Shown here: piece by piece, positions 8,320-18,274 of the stretch
Layout of the letters: each line of letters starts with the position of its first letter
Numbering within the stretch: position 1 is the stretch's first letter
Origin: a virus
Lineage: Duplodnaviria; Caudoviricetes
Reading direction: 5' to 3' (one strand)
IMG/VR virus record: IMGVR_UViG_3300038316_000053
Location: 1 to 34,255 of that record
Length of the DNA: 34,255 nucleotides
Position numbers and translations under genes: made by a program
The notes under the pieces: generated by a model
Databases searched by the model: none
What the model saw: only the letters and a program-made list of their open reading frames with translations
Told to the model about the DNA's origin: nothing

Positions 8320-10719
8320 ATGGCTACTCAACTAGGTCAAGCCTATGTGCAGATTATGCCGTCAGCAAAGGGAATAAGTAATTCTATAAAAAAAGAATTA
8401 GATCCAGAGTCGGCCGTTGCAGGAAAGAGCGCAGGTGGGAAAATTGCGATGGCTATAAAAGGCGTAATAACTGCTGCTGCAATAGGAAAAACAATAGGTG
8501 CGTCGATTAAAGAAGGGGCCGCCCTCCAACAGTCTTTAGGTGGGGTTGAAACTCTGTTTAAAGAGAATGCGGACAAGGTTAAAAAATATGCAAACGAAGC
8601 CTATAAAACCGCAGGGTTATCTGCAAATGCATATATGGAAAACGTCACAAGTTTTAGTGCAAGTCTTTTGCAATCTTTAGGCGGAGATACTGAAAAAGCA
8701 GCAAATAAAGCGAATATGGCTATGGTCGATATGTCTGACAATGCTAATAAGATGGGTACAGATATGAGGTCCATACAAGATGCTTATCAAGGATTTGCAA
8801 AGCAAAATTATACGATGTTGGACAACTTGAAGTTAGGCTACGGCGGAACAAAATCCGAAATGGAACGATTGTTAGCAGATGCAACAAAGCTAACTGGAGT
8901 GAAGTATGATATTAACAACCTAAGCGATGTATATGACGCTATCCATGCGGTACAACAAGAACTAGGTATTACAGGGACAACAGCCAAAGAAGCATCTGAA
9001 ACATTAAGTGGTTCGTTTGCAGCAATGAAAGGTGTTTTTAAAAATGTATTAGGAGGACTAGCATTAGGTCAAGATATTAGGCCTGCACTTCAAGGATTAG
9101 CAGAAACAACAGCTACGTTCTTGTTTGGTAATTTTTTGCCCATGGTTGGAAATATCTTAAAAGGCTTACCAATCGCAATCGGGACATTTTTCAAAGAAGC
9201 TAGTCCATATGTGTTGCAAGCTGCAGGGCAATTATTAAGTCAGCTAGGTATTACTTTTAGTTCAAGCATGACTGGTATTTTTTCAGACGTTCAAACCACT
9301 ATTAGTCCACTAATTGAGGGATTTAGAACAGCATTTAGCCAACTCCCTTCATTATTTCAAACAGTAGCTTCTGCTATAACGCCTATTATTGAAAGTATTG
9401 TTATCGCCTTTACTCGTTTGGATTTTAGTGGTATCCAAGCAGTTTTTTCTGCGATTGTACCTGCTATTACAAATGCCTTTTCCACGATGATGGCTATTGT
9501 TAGACCTGCTATTGATATGGTGGTTAATTCATTCGTGAAAATGTGGAATGCTGCTCAGCCATTAATTTCAATATTGGCCAGTGCTTTAATGCCAGTTCTG
9601 CAGGTTTTAGGAGCTTTTATCGGTGGCGTATTAAAAGGTGTGCTAATAGGTGTTTCCGCAGCTTTCGATGCAATAACAAAAGTAATAGGTTTTTTAACGC
9701 CAGTAATATCTATACTAGTAAATGGATTTAAAGCCATTACACCAGTACTGACTAAAGTAGCGGAATGGGTAGGAACGGTAATAGGAGTTTTCACGAATTT
9801 AGGTGGCTCGGGAACAACTTTGAAAAATTTATTATCGAATGCATGGGGAAATATTAAATCAGCGGTGTCTATGGCTAGTTCTGGTATTTCGGGGGCTATT
9901 AGTATAATAAAATCTATTTTTAGTAGCTTAGGAGCTGCTGGGGGAGGATTGAAAGGCGTATTAAGTGCAGCATGGAACGGTATACGTTCTGCCATTTCTA
10001 CAGTTGGAAGTGCTATTAGTGGCATTATTAATGGTATTAAATCCGTTTTCAGTGCTTTAGGAAGTGCAGGAAATTCATTAAAATCTGGTATTTCTGGTGC
10101 ATGGAATGGAATGAAAAGTGTTGTCACAAGCGTAGGGAATAGTATAAAGGGTGTAGTAAATAGTGTCAAAAATGTATTCAATAGCTTAAAAAACATCAAT
10201 ATAAGTGGAGCAGGCGCTGCAATTATGAATGGGTTTTTAGGTGGGTTAAAGAGAGCTTATGAAGGAGTGAAAAAATTTGTTGGTAGCATCGCTGATTGGA
10301 TCAAAAAGAATAAAGGCCCAATCTCTTATGATCAAAAACTATTGATTCCAGCGGGTAATGCGATTATGGCTGGGCTAGACAAAGGGTTAAAGAAACAATT
10401 TAAGTCAGTACAGTCCACAGTTGGAGGCATGGCGGATAAATTGGCTAAAAACTTTGGAGGAACGATATCGCTGGGAATAGACGAAGGAACCAACGAAGTA
10501 CAGAAAGCTATGGAAGAAATGCTAACGTTGAAAAATACTGTGAAAACAAACACTGCTGGAAATGATGATGAAGAATATAATGTGGATGGCACAAGGACAG
10601 CAAAAGGGCCTATAACATTAATTTTAAAACTCGGTAATAGAAGTTTTAAAGCATTTGTAGAAGATGTTTCAAATATTCAAAATAGAGAAATTGAATTAGA
10701 GGAAATTTACGGAATATGA
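8320..10719 (+). CDS. Tail tape measure protein
   Basis: 799 aa, Ala/Gly/Ile-rich, periodic AW repeats, NYTMLDNLKLGYGGTK motif. Confidence 0.93.
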   Translation: MATQLGQAYVQIMPSAKGISNSIKKELDPESAVAGKSAGGKIAMAIKGVITAAAIGKTIGASIKEGAALQQSLGGVETLFKENADKVKKYANEAYKTAGLSANAYMENVTSFSASLLQSLGGDTEKAANKANMAMVDMSDNANKMGTDMRSIQDAYQGFAKQNYTMLDNLKLGYGGTKSEMERLLADATKLTGVKYDINNLSDVYDAIHAVQQELGITGTTAKEASETLSGSFAAMKGVFKNVLGGLALGQDIRPALQGLAETTATFLFGNFLPMVGNILKGLPIAIGTFFKEASPYVLQAAGQLLSQLGITFSSSMTGIFSDVQTTISPLIEGFRTAFSQLPSLFQTVASAITPIIESIVIAFTRLDFSGIQAVFSAIVPAITNAFSTMMAIVRPAIDMVVNSFVKMWNAAQPLISILASALMPVLQVLGAFIGGVLKGVLIGVSAAFDAITKVIGFLTPVISILVNGFKAITPVLTKVAEWVGTVIGVFTNLGGSGTTLKNLLSNAWGNIKSAVSMASSGISGAISIIKSIFSSLGAAGGGLKGVLSAAWNGIRSAISTVGSAISGIINGIKSVFSALGSAGNSLKSGISGAWNGMKSVVTSVGNSIKGVVNSVKNVFNSLKNINISGAGAAIMNGFLGGLKRAYEGVKKFVGSIADWIKKNKGPISYDQKLLIPAGNAIMAGLDKGLKKQFKSVQSTVGGMADKLAKNFGGTISLGIDEGTNEVQKAMEEMLTLKNTVKTNTAGNDDEEYNVDGTRTAKGPITLILKLGNRSFKAFVEDVSNIQNREIELEEIYGI

Positions 10720-10729
10720 GGGTGAGAAC

Positions 10730-11479
10730 ATGATACATCCTAGAACGATATTTAATGGAAATTTATTAGAAGAAAAAATACCAGGGTTTAAAACCTTAAA
10801 TGTAATTGGCAGAGAAATGATAGGACGAGAAAATACGACTCAAAAAATAGGCGGGAAAGACGGAGTATCTTATGTGGAAAGTACTCTTCCGCATAGGATA
10901 TTAACAGTTAAGTACTGGATAAAAGCTAATGATTACGAGGAATTAAAAACAAAGTTTGAGTTATTAAATTATTATTTGGATGTAGGGCAAGCAGATGTGA
11001 CTTTTACGGATGATTTAGATTATAAATGGACAGGAATCTTAGACTCTGTAGGAAATATCGAAGGATATACAAATTTTAAAGGCTCTACTTTTGACGTTAT
11101 GTGCAGCGATCCTTACAAATACTCAACAAACATAAAAACATTAAAAGGGACTAGCAACTTAGAATTTAGGTGGCTCAACAGGTACCCAATATTGCCGGAG
11201 CAGATAATATTAAATGTAAAAACCGCTGGGGATAAAATTAATCTAAAAAACATAACTGTAGCTAAAAGTATTATTCTGGATGAAGTTTTTGAAATTGGTG
11301 ACGATGTAATAATTGACTTTACAGGCGATGAAATTACCATTAAAAAAAATGGGATGAACATATTAAATAAAATGGACCTAACCAGCAATTTAGAAGATTT
11401 TTTAATTAATTATAAAGATGTTATAAGTACAAATTTAGCCGCTGATATAACTTTGAAATTTAGAGACAGGAGGAAATAA
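10730..11479 (+). CDS. Distal tail protein (Dit)
   Basis: Follows TMP; TLNVIGRE...FTDD...DPYKYS pattern. Confidence 0.85.
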   Translation: MIHPRTIFNGNLLEEKIPGFKTLNVIGREMIGRENTTQKIGGKDGVSYVESTLPHRILTVKYWIKANDYEELKTKFELLNYYLDVGQADVTFTDDLDYKWTGILDSVGNIEGYTNFKGSTFDVMCSDPYKYSTNIKTLKGTSNLEFRWLNRYPILPEQIILNVKTAGDKINLKNITVAKSIILDEVFEIGDDVIIDFTGDEITIKKNGMNILNKMDLTSNLEDFLINYKDVISTNLAADITLKFRDRRK

Positions 11480-11481
11480 CT

Positions 11482-14400
11482 TTGATTTATTTATTCGACA
11501 AGAACGAAGAACTTACTAAAGTTATTCCTTCTGCAGGTATAATTTCTGCAATTCAAAAGGAGGCTCTAAACGGTTTAATAACTTTTGAAGCAGAAATGAA
11601 AGAGTTATATTTTGAAGATATAAAACATGCTGAATTTATTGGTCATAAAGATTACCAAAATAAAAACATATTTTATCTATATAAAATAGATGGTATAAAA
11701 GCAAGTGGGAAAAACATTAATGTCACAGGCCTGCATGTGGTGTTTGATGATTTAAAAAGTTATGGGTACATTAGAGACAGAAGAATTTTTAACGCTACAG
11801 CTACGACGACCCTAGGCGTAATTCTAGAAAATTCAAGGTGGCAAGCAGGAAATGTAGAGGTAAATAGCATAGGGAGCACTAATTTTTACGATATTAGACG
11901 ACTTGATGCACTTAGTAAATTAATTGATGTCTGGAAGTGCGAAGTAGGGTATCGGATGATCTTTGATGGTCAAACAATTGTTGGCAGGTTTATAGATCTA
12001 TACAATCAACGAGGGTCAGACACGGGAAAAAGATTTGTATATGGCCACAATACTTTGGTTGTAGAATTTGAAGAAAGTAGAAATGAAATTTACACTGCTA
12101 TAGTACCACGTGGGAAAGGCGAAGAAAAATATAACGATGAAGGAACTCCAACTGGTGGATATGGTCGAAAAATTACAATTGAGGAAGTGGAATGGTCTAA
12201 AGTAAATGGAAATCCATTAGACAAACCTCTTGGTCAAGATTATGTCGAGATACCAGAAATGACAGCACTGTATGGATATAGTGATGGTAGTCCACGGTTT
12301 AAAATAATTGAATATAACGACATTGAAGAAGTAACAGAATTAATCGAGGTAGCCTATGAGGATGCAATAAATACATCAAGACCAAAAGTCCAATTTTCAA
12401 GCATTGTAGAAAAAATAGGTAATGTTCATCTGGGGGACAACATTAGAATCATAAGGCGTGATTTGGGATTTTATTATTCTGCTAGAATCTTTGAAGTTGA
12501 AAGAAACCTATTAAATAATAAGCAAACAAAAGTAAAATTAGGGGATCACATTGACAGGTCTCAAGCTAAGAAAAATAAAGAACTAAGAAATGAGCTAAAG
12601 AACCTATCTAACTCCTTGTCTGAGGTTGCGGTAAACACAGACAATAAAAATAAAAGTTTGGTTAGGCAAGTACAGGACTATCTTACAAAAGCCTTGTTCA
12701 ATGAGGATGGCTACAACTACGATTTAAGGGCGGGTAATGAACAAGGCTTACCTGCAGGATATTATTCCTTTAATACTCCTATAGACCTAAACCCTCAAAA
12801 AGTAATCTATGTAGGCGCAGGCAAAATGGCTATAGCGAATAGCAAAGATAGCAATGGTGATTGGAATTGGACAACGTGGGCAACTGGTGACGGATTAGTT
12901 GCAAATGCGATTGTAGCAGGGATGTTGATAGGCGGAAAGGTTAAGTGGAATTTAGAAGATGGCACTCTCCTAATCGGCAACAGCCCCGAAGACTATTTTT
13001 TATATTGGGATGGCTCAACTCTAAAAATTAGAGGAGACATCGACATTTCCAACAACGAAACCATTAAAGATATTCAAGAAAATATCGTTTCAATAAAAAT
13101 TGATATAAACGGAGTAACTACAGTAGTAAAAGAAGAAATAGATAAAACCACTAAAACCATAGAAACCTATGGCATAAACATAATATCAAACAAGCCTGAG
13201 AATTGGGAACAAGGGTTTATAGATGAGGACACAGGCGAAGAATGGGATATGGATGACCCGTCTTGGGAGCACTTTACACAATTCGGATATAATTGCCGAA
13301 TAAGGACAAAAGATTATATTGAGATAGACCCAACCAAGTTTTATGTTTTTAGTGAACAGTTTCTATTTAAAGTCTATGCTACAAATATTCAGGTGTACTT
13401 TTATGATGCTGTGAGTAATTACTTAGGGTATCAATGGCATTACAATTTCTTAGACCCTGAAAGGATTCCAGAAGGAACTGCGAAAATTAGAGTAAGCCTA
13501 ATGGAAGATTATCAATACAGCGGATCACCCATAGTATACATAACTCCTGAAGATATAGCCAACTCGCACTTTAAAATTGAACAAGGGACAGAAGCTACAG
13601 ATTGGACGCCATGTATCAACGATGTATCGCTAAATGCTAATTTAGACAATATAAAAATCGGAGACGAGCCAGATAATCCTGATGATGGAACTTTGTGGTT
13701 AGCGGAGTTCATACTAGCTAGTCAATTACTTTGTTTTGATGGTGAGGATTGGATTGCCGTAGGTTGGGGAGAAATTAAAGAAATTCTAAATCGTGTAAGA
13801 GATGTAGAGGTAAAGCAATCTCAAATAATTCAGACAATAGATGGCATAACGCAAGTGGTTGAAAATAAGGCTGAGAAGTCTTATGTAGACCAAACGGCAG
13901 CAGCTGTTACTCTAGAGTTTAAACAATTGTCTGTAGGAGGTGAAAATCTTCTTTTAAAATCAGACGTACCGATTACATCAAACGCTTATCTTCTAAAAAT
14001 TTATGATATTCCTGAACCTATTGCCGATGGTGAAGAGGTGACCCTTCAAATAAAAGGTTACTTAGGTGATGGTAAAACTGGGTTTGGAATCTATAATTCT
14101 GGTGATACAGTGCAGATGGCCCTTCTCAAACCAGAGGATATAAGAAATAAAAACATATACACTAAGACATTTAATTGGGTAGTAGGCGGCTCAGAAAACC
14201 GAGCCATACACGTTTATGTTTTGTACAGTAATGTGACCGTAGACAGTAATATCGAGTGGATAAAGCTAGAACGAGGGAATAGGGCTACAGACAAAAGTCT
14301 ACACAAAAGCGAACTAAAAGGTTCAACCTATAGGTTTGATAAAGATGGGTTTAGCATAGGAGGCACAGGCGGAGATACCGCTCAGCATACAAATAGTCAT

Positions 14401-14793
14401 AGCAAGTATAACCATAGCGATGGAAGCTATACACAAATTAGCTCTGAGGGACTGAAAAGATTTGTAGCTGGTACAGGAGAAAATTACCATTACTTGCTCC
14501 ATGTTGTTAATTTTATATATGGAGAGTCATCATCAACACAAGCCTACTGGATTCAACTTCCAGAAGCGTTTAAAGGTAAACAGTTTAAGGTATATTTTGC
14601 CATAAGCGATAGCATGACTACACCTAACTATAAGTATGCAATGCAGCGCTTTGTGTGCACAAGGCATCCCGATTTTAGTATAGATTATGCAAATGCAAGA
14701 GTCCCTGTAATAGCTTACAAGTCCAATACGCTAATGGATGGATACGCCCCAATTTTAAACGAGGTGCAAGGCATAATGTTAGCAATTTATTAG
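11482..14793 (+). CDS. Tail-associated Tal/hub protein with mosaic C-terminal carbohydrate-binding-like domains
   Basis: TTG start; MIYLFDKNE, GKRFVYGHN and TAIVPRGKG N-terminal hub motifs; KIEQGTEATDW and GGENLL/KLERGNRAT modules. Confidence 0.85.
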   Translation: MIYLFDKNEELTKVIPSAGIISAIQKEALNGLITFEAEMKELYFEDIKHAEFIGHKDYQNKNIFYLYKIDGIKASGKNINVTGLHVVFDDLKSYGYIRDRRIFNATATTTLGVILENSRWQAGNVEVNSIGSTNFYDIRRLDALSKLIDVWKCEVGYRMIFDGQTIVGRFIDLYNQRGSDTGKRFVYGHNTLVVEFEESRNEIYTAIVPRGKGEEKYNDEGTPTGGYGRKITIEEVEWSKVNGNPLDKPLGQDYVEIPEMTALYGYSDGSPRFKIIEYNDIEEVTELIEVAYEDAINTSRPKVQFSSIVEKIGNVHLGDNIRIIRRDLGFYYSARIFEVERNLLNNKQTKVKLGDHIDRSQAKKNKELRNELKNLSNSLSEVAVNTDNKNKSLVRQVQDYLTKALFNEDGYNYDLRAGNEQGLPAGYYSFNTPIDLNPQKVIYVGAGKMAIANSKDSNGDWNWTTWATGDGLVANAIVAGMLIGGKVKWNLEDGTLLIGNSPEDYFLYWDGSTLKIRGDIDISNNETIKDIQENIVSIKIDINGVTTVVKEEIDKTTKTIETYGINIISNKPENWEQGFIDEDTGEEWDMDDPSWEHFTQFGYNCRIRTKDYIEIDPTKFYVFSEQFLFKVYATNIQVYFYDAVSNYLGYQWHYNFLDPERIPEGTAKIRVSLMEDYQYSGSPIVYITPEDIANSHFKIEQGTEATDWTPCINDVSLNANLDNIKIGDEPDNPDDGTLWLAEFILASQLLCFDGEDWIAVGWGEIKEILNRVRDVEVKQSQIIQTIDGITQVVENKAEKSYVDQTAAAVTLEFKQLSVGGENLLLKSDVPITSNAYLLKIYDIPEPIADGEEVTLQIKGYLGDGKTGFGIYNSGDTVQMALLKPEDIRNKNIYTKTFNWVVGGSENRAIHVYVLYSNVTVDSNIEWIKLERGNRATDKSLHKSELKGSTYRFDKDGFSIGGTGGDTAQHTNSHSKYNHSDGSYTQISSEGLKRFVAGTGENYHYLLHVVNFIYGESSSTQAYWIQLPEAFKGKQFKVYFAISDSMTTPNYKYAMQRFVCTRHPDFSIDYANARVPVIAYKSNTLMDGYAPILNEVQGIMLAIY

Positions 14794-14804
14794 GAGGTGT
14801 GTAA

Positions 14805-15038
14805 ATGGACGAAAACATGACTGTATTTTACAACAAAAGAACAGGTTCAATTAAAGCTCTGGTCAGCGGAGAACAAAATATGAGTATGTATGGAAATGAG
14901 CAAGAAGACTATGAGCAAATCTATGATTTTATAGTAGTACCGATGGATGAGTATGTCTTTAATAACCATAACTCATTTGAAGTAACAAATGGAGCCTTAA
15001 AAATAAAACAAATGGCAATACCAGAAAAATATTTATAG
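14805..15038 (+). CDS. Small tail-associated hypothetical protein
   Basis: SD AGGAGG; lies in the tail module. Confidence 0.6.
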   Translation: MDENMTVFYNKRTGSIKALVSGEQNMSMYGNEQEDYEQIYDFIVVPMDEYVFNNHNSFEVTNGALKIKQMAIPEKYL

Positions 15039-15052
15039 AAAGAGGTGATTAA

Positions 15053-15832
15053 ATGGCATTAGATAATTTTAGAAGAGTGGACTACCGCCTGGACAAAGCA
15101 AATAGCTATATTTTAGATAACTTCTTCGCCAAAGAAGGAGATTACGACGGGCGAGAACTTTGCGTACAAATCACAGATGGCGGGGTAGAGGTTGACACAA
15201 CGGGCATACAATTAATTTTTAACTGGAAACACCTACTAAAAGGACATAGCGGAAACAAATACTTTGAACCAGTAGATGAAACAAAAGGGATTTACACAGT
15301 ATCGTATCCAACGCAAATGCAATTCGCAGGGTTGGTAAGCGCATTTATAACCGTTGTAGACAACAGCAAGATCACTAACACGAGAAATATTAATCTAAAG
15401 GTAGAAGCTGGCGCAGACGGAAATCCGATAGTAGCAGAGAACGACTTTAGCATACTGCAGGAAGCATTAATGCAGATTAATATGTATCAAAATCAAATCA
15501 ATACGATTCTGGATAACATACAATCATCGGCAGACTCGCTAATGGCTACAGAGAAAGCTGAGTTAGATGCATTAGAGGAAAACTATGCACCGCAATTACA
15601 AGCGGTCTTGCAACAATTTAATGACGCCATGGCGAACCTTACACAAGATAGTGAGATGATCACCGCCAGGACGAGCCTTGCGACAGGAAAAGCCTACGGC
15701 ACTCTAGCGTTGATTTTGCAAGCCATAGAAAATAGGCAGATAGTAACGGATCCAAACAAAAATAAAAAATACATAACAACTCTTGAAGTGTTTGAAAACA
15801 AACCTAGACTAAGATTAGAGGAGGTAATATAG
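15053..15832 (+). CDS. Baseplate upper protein (BppU-like)
   Basis: KEGDYDGRELCVQITD N-terminal domain followed by coiled coil. Confidence 0.7.
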   Translation: MALDNFRRVDYRLDKANSYILDNFFAKEGDYDGRELCVQITDGGVEVDTTGIQLIFNWKHLLKGHSGNKYFEPVDETKGIYTVSYPTQMQFAGLVSAFITVVDNSKITNTRNINLKVEAGADGNPIVAENDFSILQEALMQINMYQNQINTILDNIQSSADSLMATEKAELDALEENYAPQLQAVLQQFNDAMANLTQDSEMITARTSLATGKAYGTLALILQAIENRQIVTDPNKNKKYITTLEVFENKPRLRLEEVI

Positions 15833-16957
15833 ATGCCTGATTTTTTAAACATACCTACAGCAGAACAATTTCAAGAACTCATAAATGTGCAAAGACTATT
15901 AGCGGGAAAAGGCGTACAAGACATAACAAATTCCCCCGGACCTAAAACGCTGCTTAGAGGGGATACCAATGCAGGATTTTATGGATTTGTACAACCATCT
16001 GAAATGGGGTTAATAGCTGGAAACGTAGCCGGGAAACAAGATTTTAGTGGTTCAAATCTAGCTCTGGCAGTTGGGATATCTCAAGGTACTGAATTTAATA
16101 TTAATGTTCCGCTCATGAAATTCCACTATAAGGGCAAAGTTTTATTTATTCCGCTTACTGGATACCGCCATACTGTAGCATGGGATGCGATATATAATGC
16201 TGGTGCAGTGTTTGGAACGAGTGATGAGGGTTTACTACCACCAGCAGGACGCATGGGCACAGATTTAACTATAGATGCGACGGATAATAGTATCAATTGC
16301 ACAAAACAACGTTTCTTAGGCAACAAATCAGCCGAACAAGATTATGCCGATACAGTCGGAGCAGTTGGAGATGCCTTAGTTTTAAAAGGTTGGGCGAATG
16401 AGGCTAATAATAAAACCGTAACGATTGTTTCTATCACAGACACAAAAATAGTAGTTAGCGGAGCAACTCTTGTATCAGAAACAGGAGGTAAGAAATCTAG
16501 ATTTTACAACTTATCAAAAGCGGTAACTCAAAACAAACAAGTTAAAATCGGGGATAAAACATACAAAGTAAGATTAATGAAAGGAGCAGGAGAAAATCCT
16601 GTAGATACATATTCCGATGCAGATAGAGGGGCGGCAGGACCAGACAATGAGTGGAATAGCTTAATATTGCCGCTGCACGAACATGCAAAAGCTGGAAATT
16701 GGATATATCCAGCCTACGCAGTAGATCCAGCAGGAGTAAAAATAACGTCAGATTGGGGGATAGGGCTTACGGATGAAAATCTAAGAACGCATTATAATTT
16801 TGGATCCGGTAGTTATACATGGTGTCAAGAAATTATAGACACGGCTAATTGGCGCCGTGTCGGTCGTGGCAGCTATGGGGCTTCCTATTTGAACAACAAC
16901 AGTTCCTGGGGCGCGAACAGCTACTTTTGCTGGCGTCCAGTCCTTGAATCGCTCTAA
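15833..16957 (+). CDS. Putative receptor-binding protein with a C-terminal CLec-type DGR variable region
   Basis: SPGPKTL..GD..AGFYG, NEWN.LI, SYTWCQE, RVGRG...WRPVLE; A-free third codon positions in the VR. Confidence 0.8.
   Translation: MPDFLNIPTAEQFQELINVQRLLAGKGVQDITNSPGPKTLLRGDTNAGFYGFVQPSEMGLIAGNVAGKQDFSGSNLALAVGISQGTEFNINVPLMKFHYKGKVLFIPLTGYRHTVAWDAIYNAGAVFGTSDEGLLPPAGRMGTDLTIDATDNSINCTKQRFLGNKSAEQDYADTVGAVGDALVLKGWANEANNKTVTIVSITDTKIVVSGATLVSETGGKKSRFYNLSKAVTQNKQVKIGDKTYKVRLMKGAGENPVDTYSDADRGAAGPDNEWNSLILPLHEHAKAGNWIYPAYAVDPAGVKITSDWGIGLTDENLRTHYNFGSGSYTWCQEIIDTANWRRVGRGSYGASYLNNNSSWGANSYFCWRPVLESL
16850..16948 (+). repeat. DGR variable region (VR) plus IMH; no template repeat found in the window
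   Basis: 29 consecutive codons (16850-16936) with no A at position 3; AAC AAC AAC and NNY codons at variable sites; ends TGGCGTCCAGTCCTTGAA. Confidence 0.75.
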
Positions 16958-16976
16958 TTTCCACACTCTCAAGAGG

Positions 16977-16994
16977 GCTTTGCGAAGGCAAAGC
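16977..16994 (+). promoter_or_regulatory. DGR target-recognition hairpin/cruciform downstream of IMH
   Basis: GCTTTGC-GAAG-GCAAAGC, about 20 nt after the stop codon. Confidence 0.65.
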
Positions 16995-17125
16995 AAGCAA
17001 ATAGTTACAACTTTATAAACAAGCTACTAAACAAATATGATTTTCTAATCATGAAAGATAATAAATTTAAAATTGATGAAAGGGTGATAGAAAATGCAAG
17101 AAATGAAAGAACTGTATCAAGCTGA
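16988..17125 (+). pseudogene. C-terminal remnant of a DGR reverse transcriptase
   Basis: Frame without a start reads AKQANSYNFINKLLNKYDFLIMKDNKFKIDERVIENARNERTVSS*; resembles the (GH)AKHANSYN tail of DGR RTs; overlaps the start of the next gene. Confidence 0.6.
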
Positions 17126-17459
17126 CAATGGAGAATGGAAACTCTTTACTCACAAAATTAAGTGTACAGACGAAAATCAGCAAGAAGAAAAGTATACAGA
17201 TGATTTGAATTTTTACGAGACTTATGCACAAATGCACGAAGGATTTGCACTTGATGAAGCAATAGAACTTAGTTACACAACAGAACAACTCGCTCGACTC
17301 AAAGAAGCACAAGGTATTAAATACGAACACTACGATGAAGTATACGATTATGTTATTAATGGAATCGTAAAAGCAGATAGTAAGGTGTTTGTGGTTAAAA
17401 ACATGAAAATGCTGCAAGATACAGTAGATACACTGATCATAACAAGTTTGGGGGTGTAA
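17094..17459 (+). CDS. Hypothetical tail-fibre-associated protein (XkdW-position)
   Basis: SD AAGGGTG; short C-terminal coiled coil; precedes XkdX. Confidence 0.55.
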   Translation: MQEMKELYQADNGEWKLFTHKIKCTDENQQEEKYTDDLNFYETYAQMHEGFALDEAIELSYTTEQLARLKEAQGIKYEHYDEVYDYVINGIVKADSKVFVVKNMKMLQDTVDTLIITSLGV

Positions 17460-17461
17460 AA

Positions 17462-17587
17462 ATGTTTTATACTTTGAAAAGATTATTTGCGCAAGCTAAA
17501 ATCGACGAACAAGGCCTTAGTAATGCAGTCACAAAAGGATGGATTACGGAAGAAGAAAAGCGAGAAATTATAGGAGCAGTATTATGA
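17462..17587 (+). CDS. XkdX-family small protein (not in ORF track)
   Basis: MFYTLKRLF...AVTKGWITEEEKREIIG; SD GGGGGTG. Confidence 0.8.
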   Translation: MFYTLKRLFAQAKIDEQGLSNAVTKGWITEEEKREIIGAVL

Positions 17588-17763
17588 CAGACTTAGAGAT
17601 GATAGACAAACTTTGCGAAGTAACCACTCTGCAAGCTGACATAATCACAAAACAAGCAACTATCATAGCGCAAAATGAAATAGCGGACAGTTTAGTAGAT
17701 GAACGGAAATTAGTAGATGATATCCTAGACGCAGTAGAATTTAATCTAAGGCATTTAAAATAA
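17584..17763 (+). CDS. Small coiled-coil hypothetical protein
   Basis: Likely start ATG 17584 (ATGA overlap, SD AGGAG): MTDLEMIDKLCEV... Confidence 0.6.
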   Translation: MTDLEMIDKLCEVTTLQADIITKQATIIAQNEIADSLVDERKLVDDILDAVEFNLRHLK

Positions 17764-17764
17764 C

Positions 17765-17789
17765 AGAGATCCTCTATAGGGTCTCTTTT
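17765..17789 (+). terminator. Intrinsic terminator before the lysis module
   Basis: AGAGATCCT-CTAT-AGGGTCTCT-TTT. Confidence 0.7.
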
Positions 17790-17821
17790 CATATGCAAAA
17801 AAATCAAAAAGTGGGTGAGTC

Positions 17822-18067
17822 ATGAACGAAGAAATTTGCAAAGAGAAACATAAACAAATCGAGGATAGACTAGACAACCAAAAAGAAAGACTAGACAGCC
17901 ACAGCAATCGTCTCGATCTATTAGAAAGGTATCAATCAAAGTCAGAAGAACAAATCAAAAATTTGTGTGAGCAAATAAAGTCTCTTGTCTCAACTATAAA
18001 GTGGGCTATGGGCTTGCTTATGACAACTTTGTTAGGGTTTATAGTCTGGTATATACAAAACATTTAA
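17822..18067 (+). CDS. XhlA-family hemolysin/holin-associated protein
   Basis: CKEKHKQI...RLD.H..RLD.LE...IKNLCEQI plus a C-terminal TM helix. Confidence 0.85.
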   Translation: MNEEICKEKHKQIEDRLDNQKERLDSHSNRLDLLERYQSKSEEQIKNLCEQIKSLVSTIKWAMGLLMTTLLGFIVWYIQNI

Positions 18068-18082
18068 GAAAGGATGATTAAA

Positions 18083-18274
18083 ATGAAACAAGAAAAATGG
18101 CGCAGTAAATATTTTTGGTTAGGCATTACGGGTGCAGCTGTAACGTTTTTAATTAGTGTTGGGGCAATCGACGTAGGCCAGGGCGAATCTATTAATGGAG
18201 TAGTATCTGCGATTAGTACGCTACTTGCAGCATTTGGAGTCTGGAATGACGCCGGAAATAGGGAGGAATGGTAA
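18083..18274 (+). CDS. Holin (2 TM)
   Basis: KWRSKYFW...two hydrophobic helices...FGVWND; directly before the lysin; alternative start 18074. Confidence 0.8.
   Translation: MKQEKWRSKYFWLGITGAAVTFLISVGAIDVGQGESINGVVSAISTLLAAFGVWNDAGNREEW

Noticed and set aside
9780-10200. Periodic repeats (AW.G/NI.S, about 29 aa) in the tape measure gene
   Set aside because: These are ordinary TMP helical repeats.
1894-17807. Many minus-strand and alternate-frame ORFs in the track across the structural module (e.g. 9555-10199, 3464-3808, 5432-5773)
   Set aside because: They are shadows of well-supported plus-strand genes, with no RBS or recognisable motifs.
18074-18085. Holin dual-start motif M-I-K-M
   Set aside because: The first ATG lies within the SD of the second and has no SD of its own, so support is weak.
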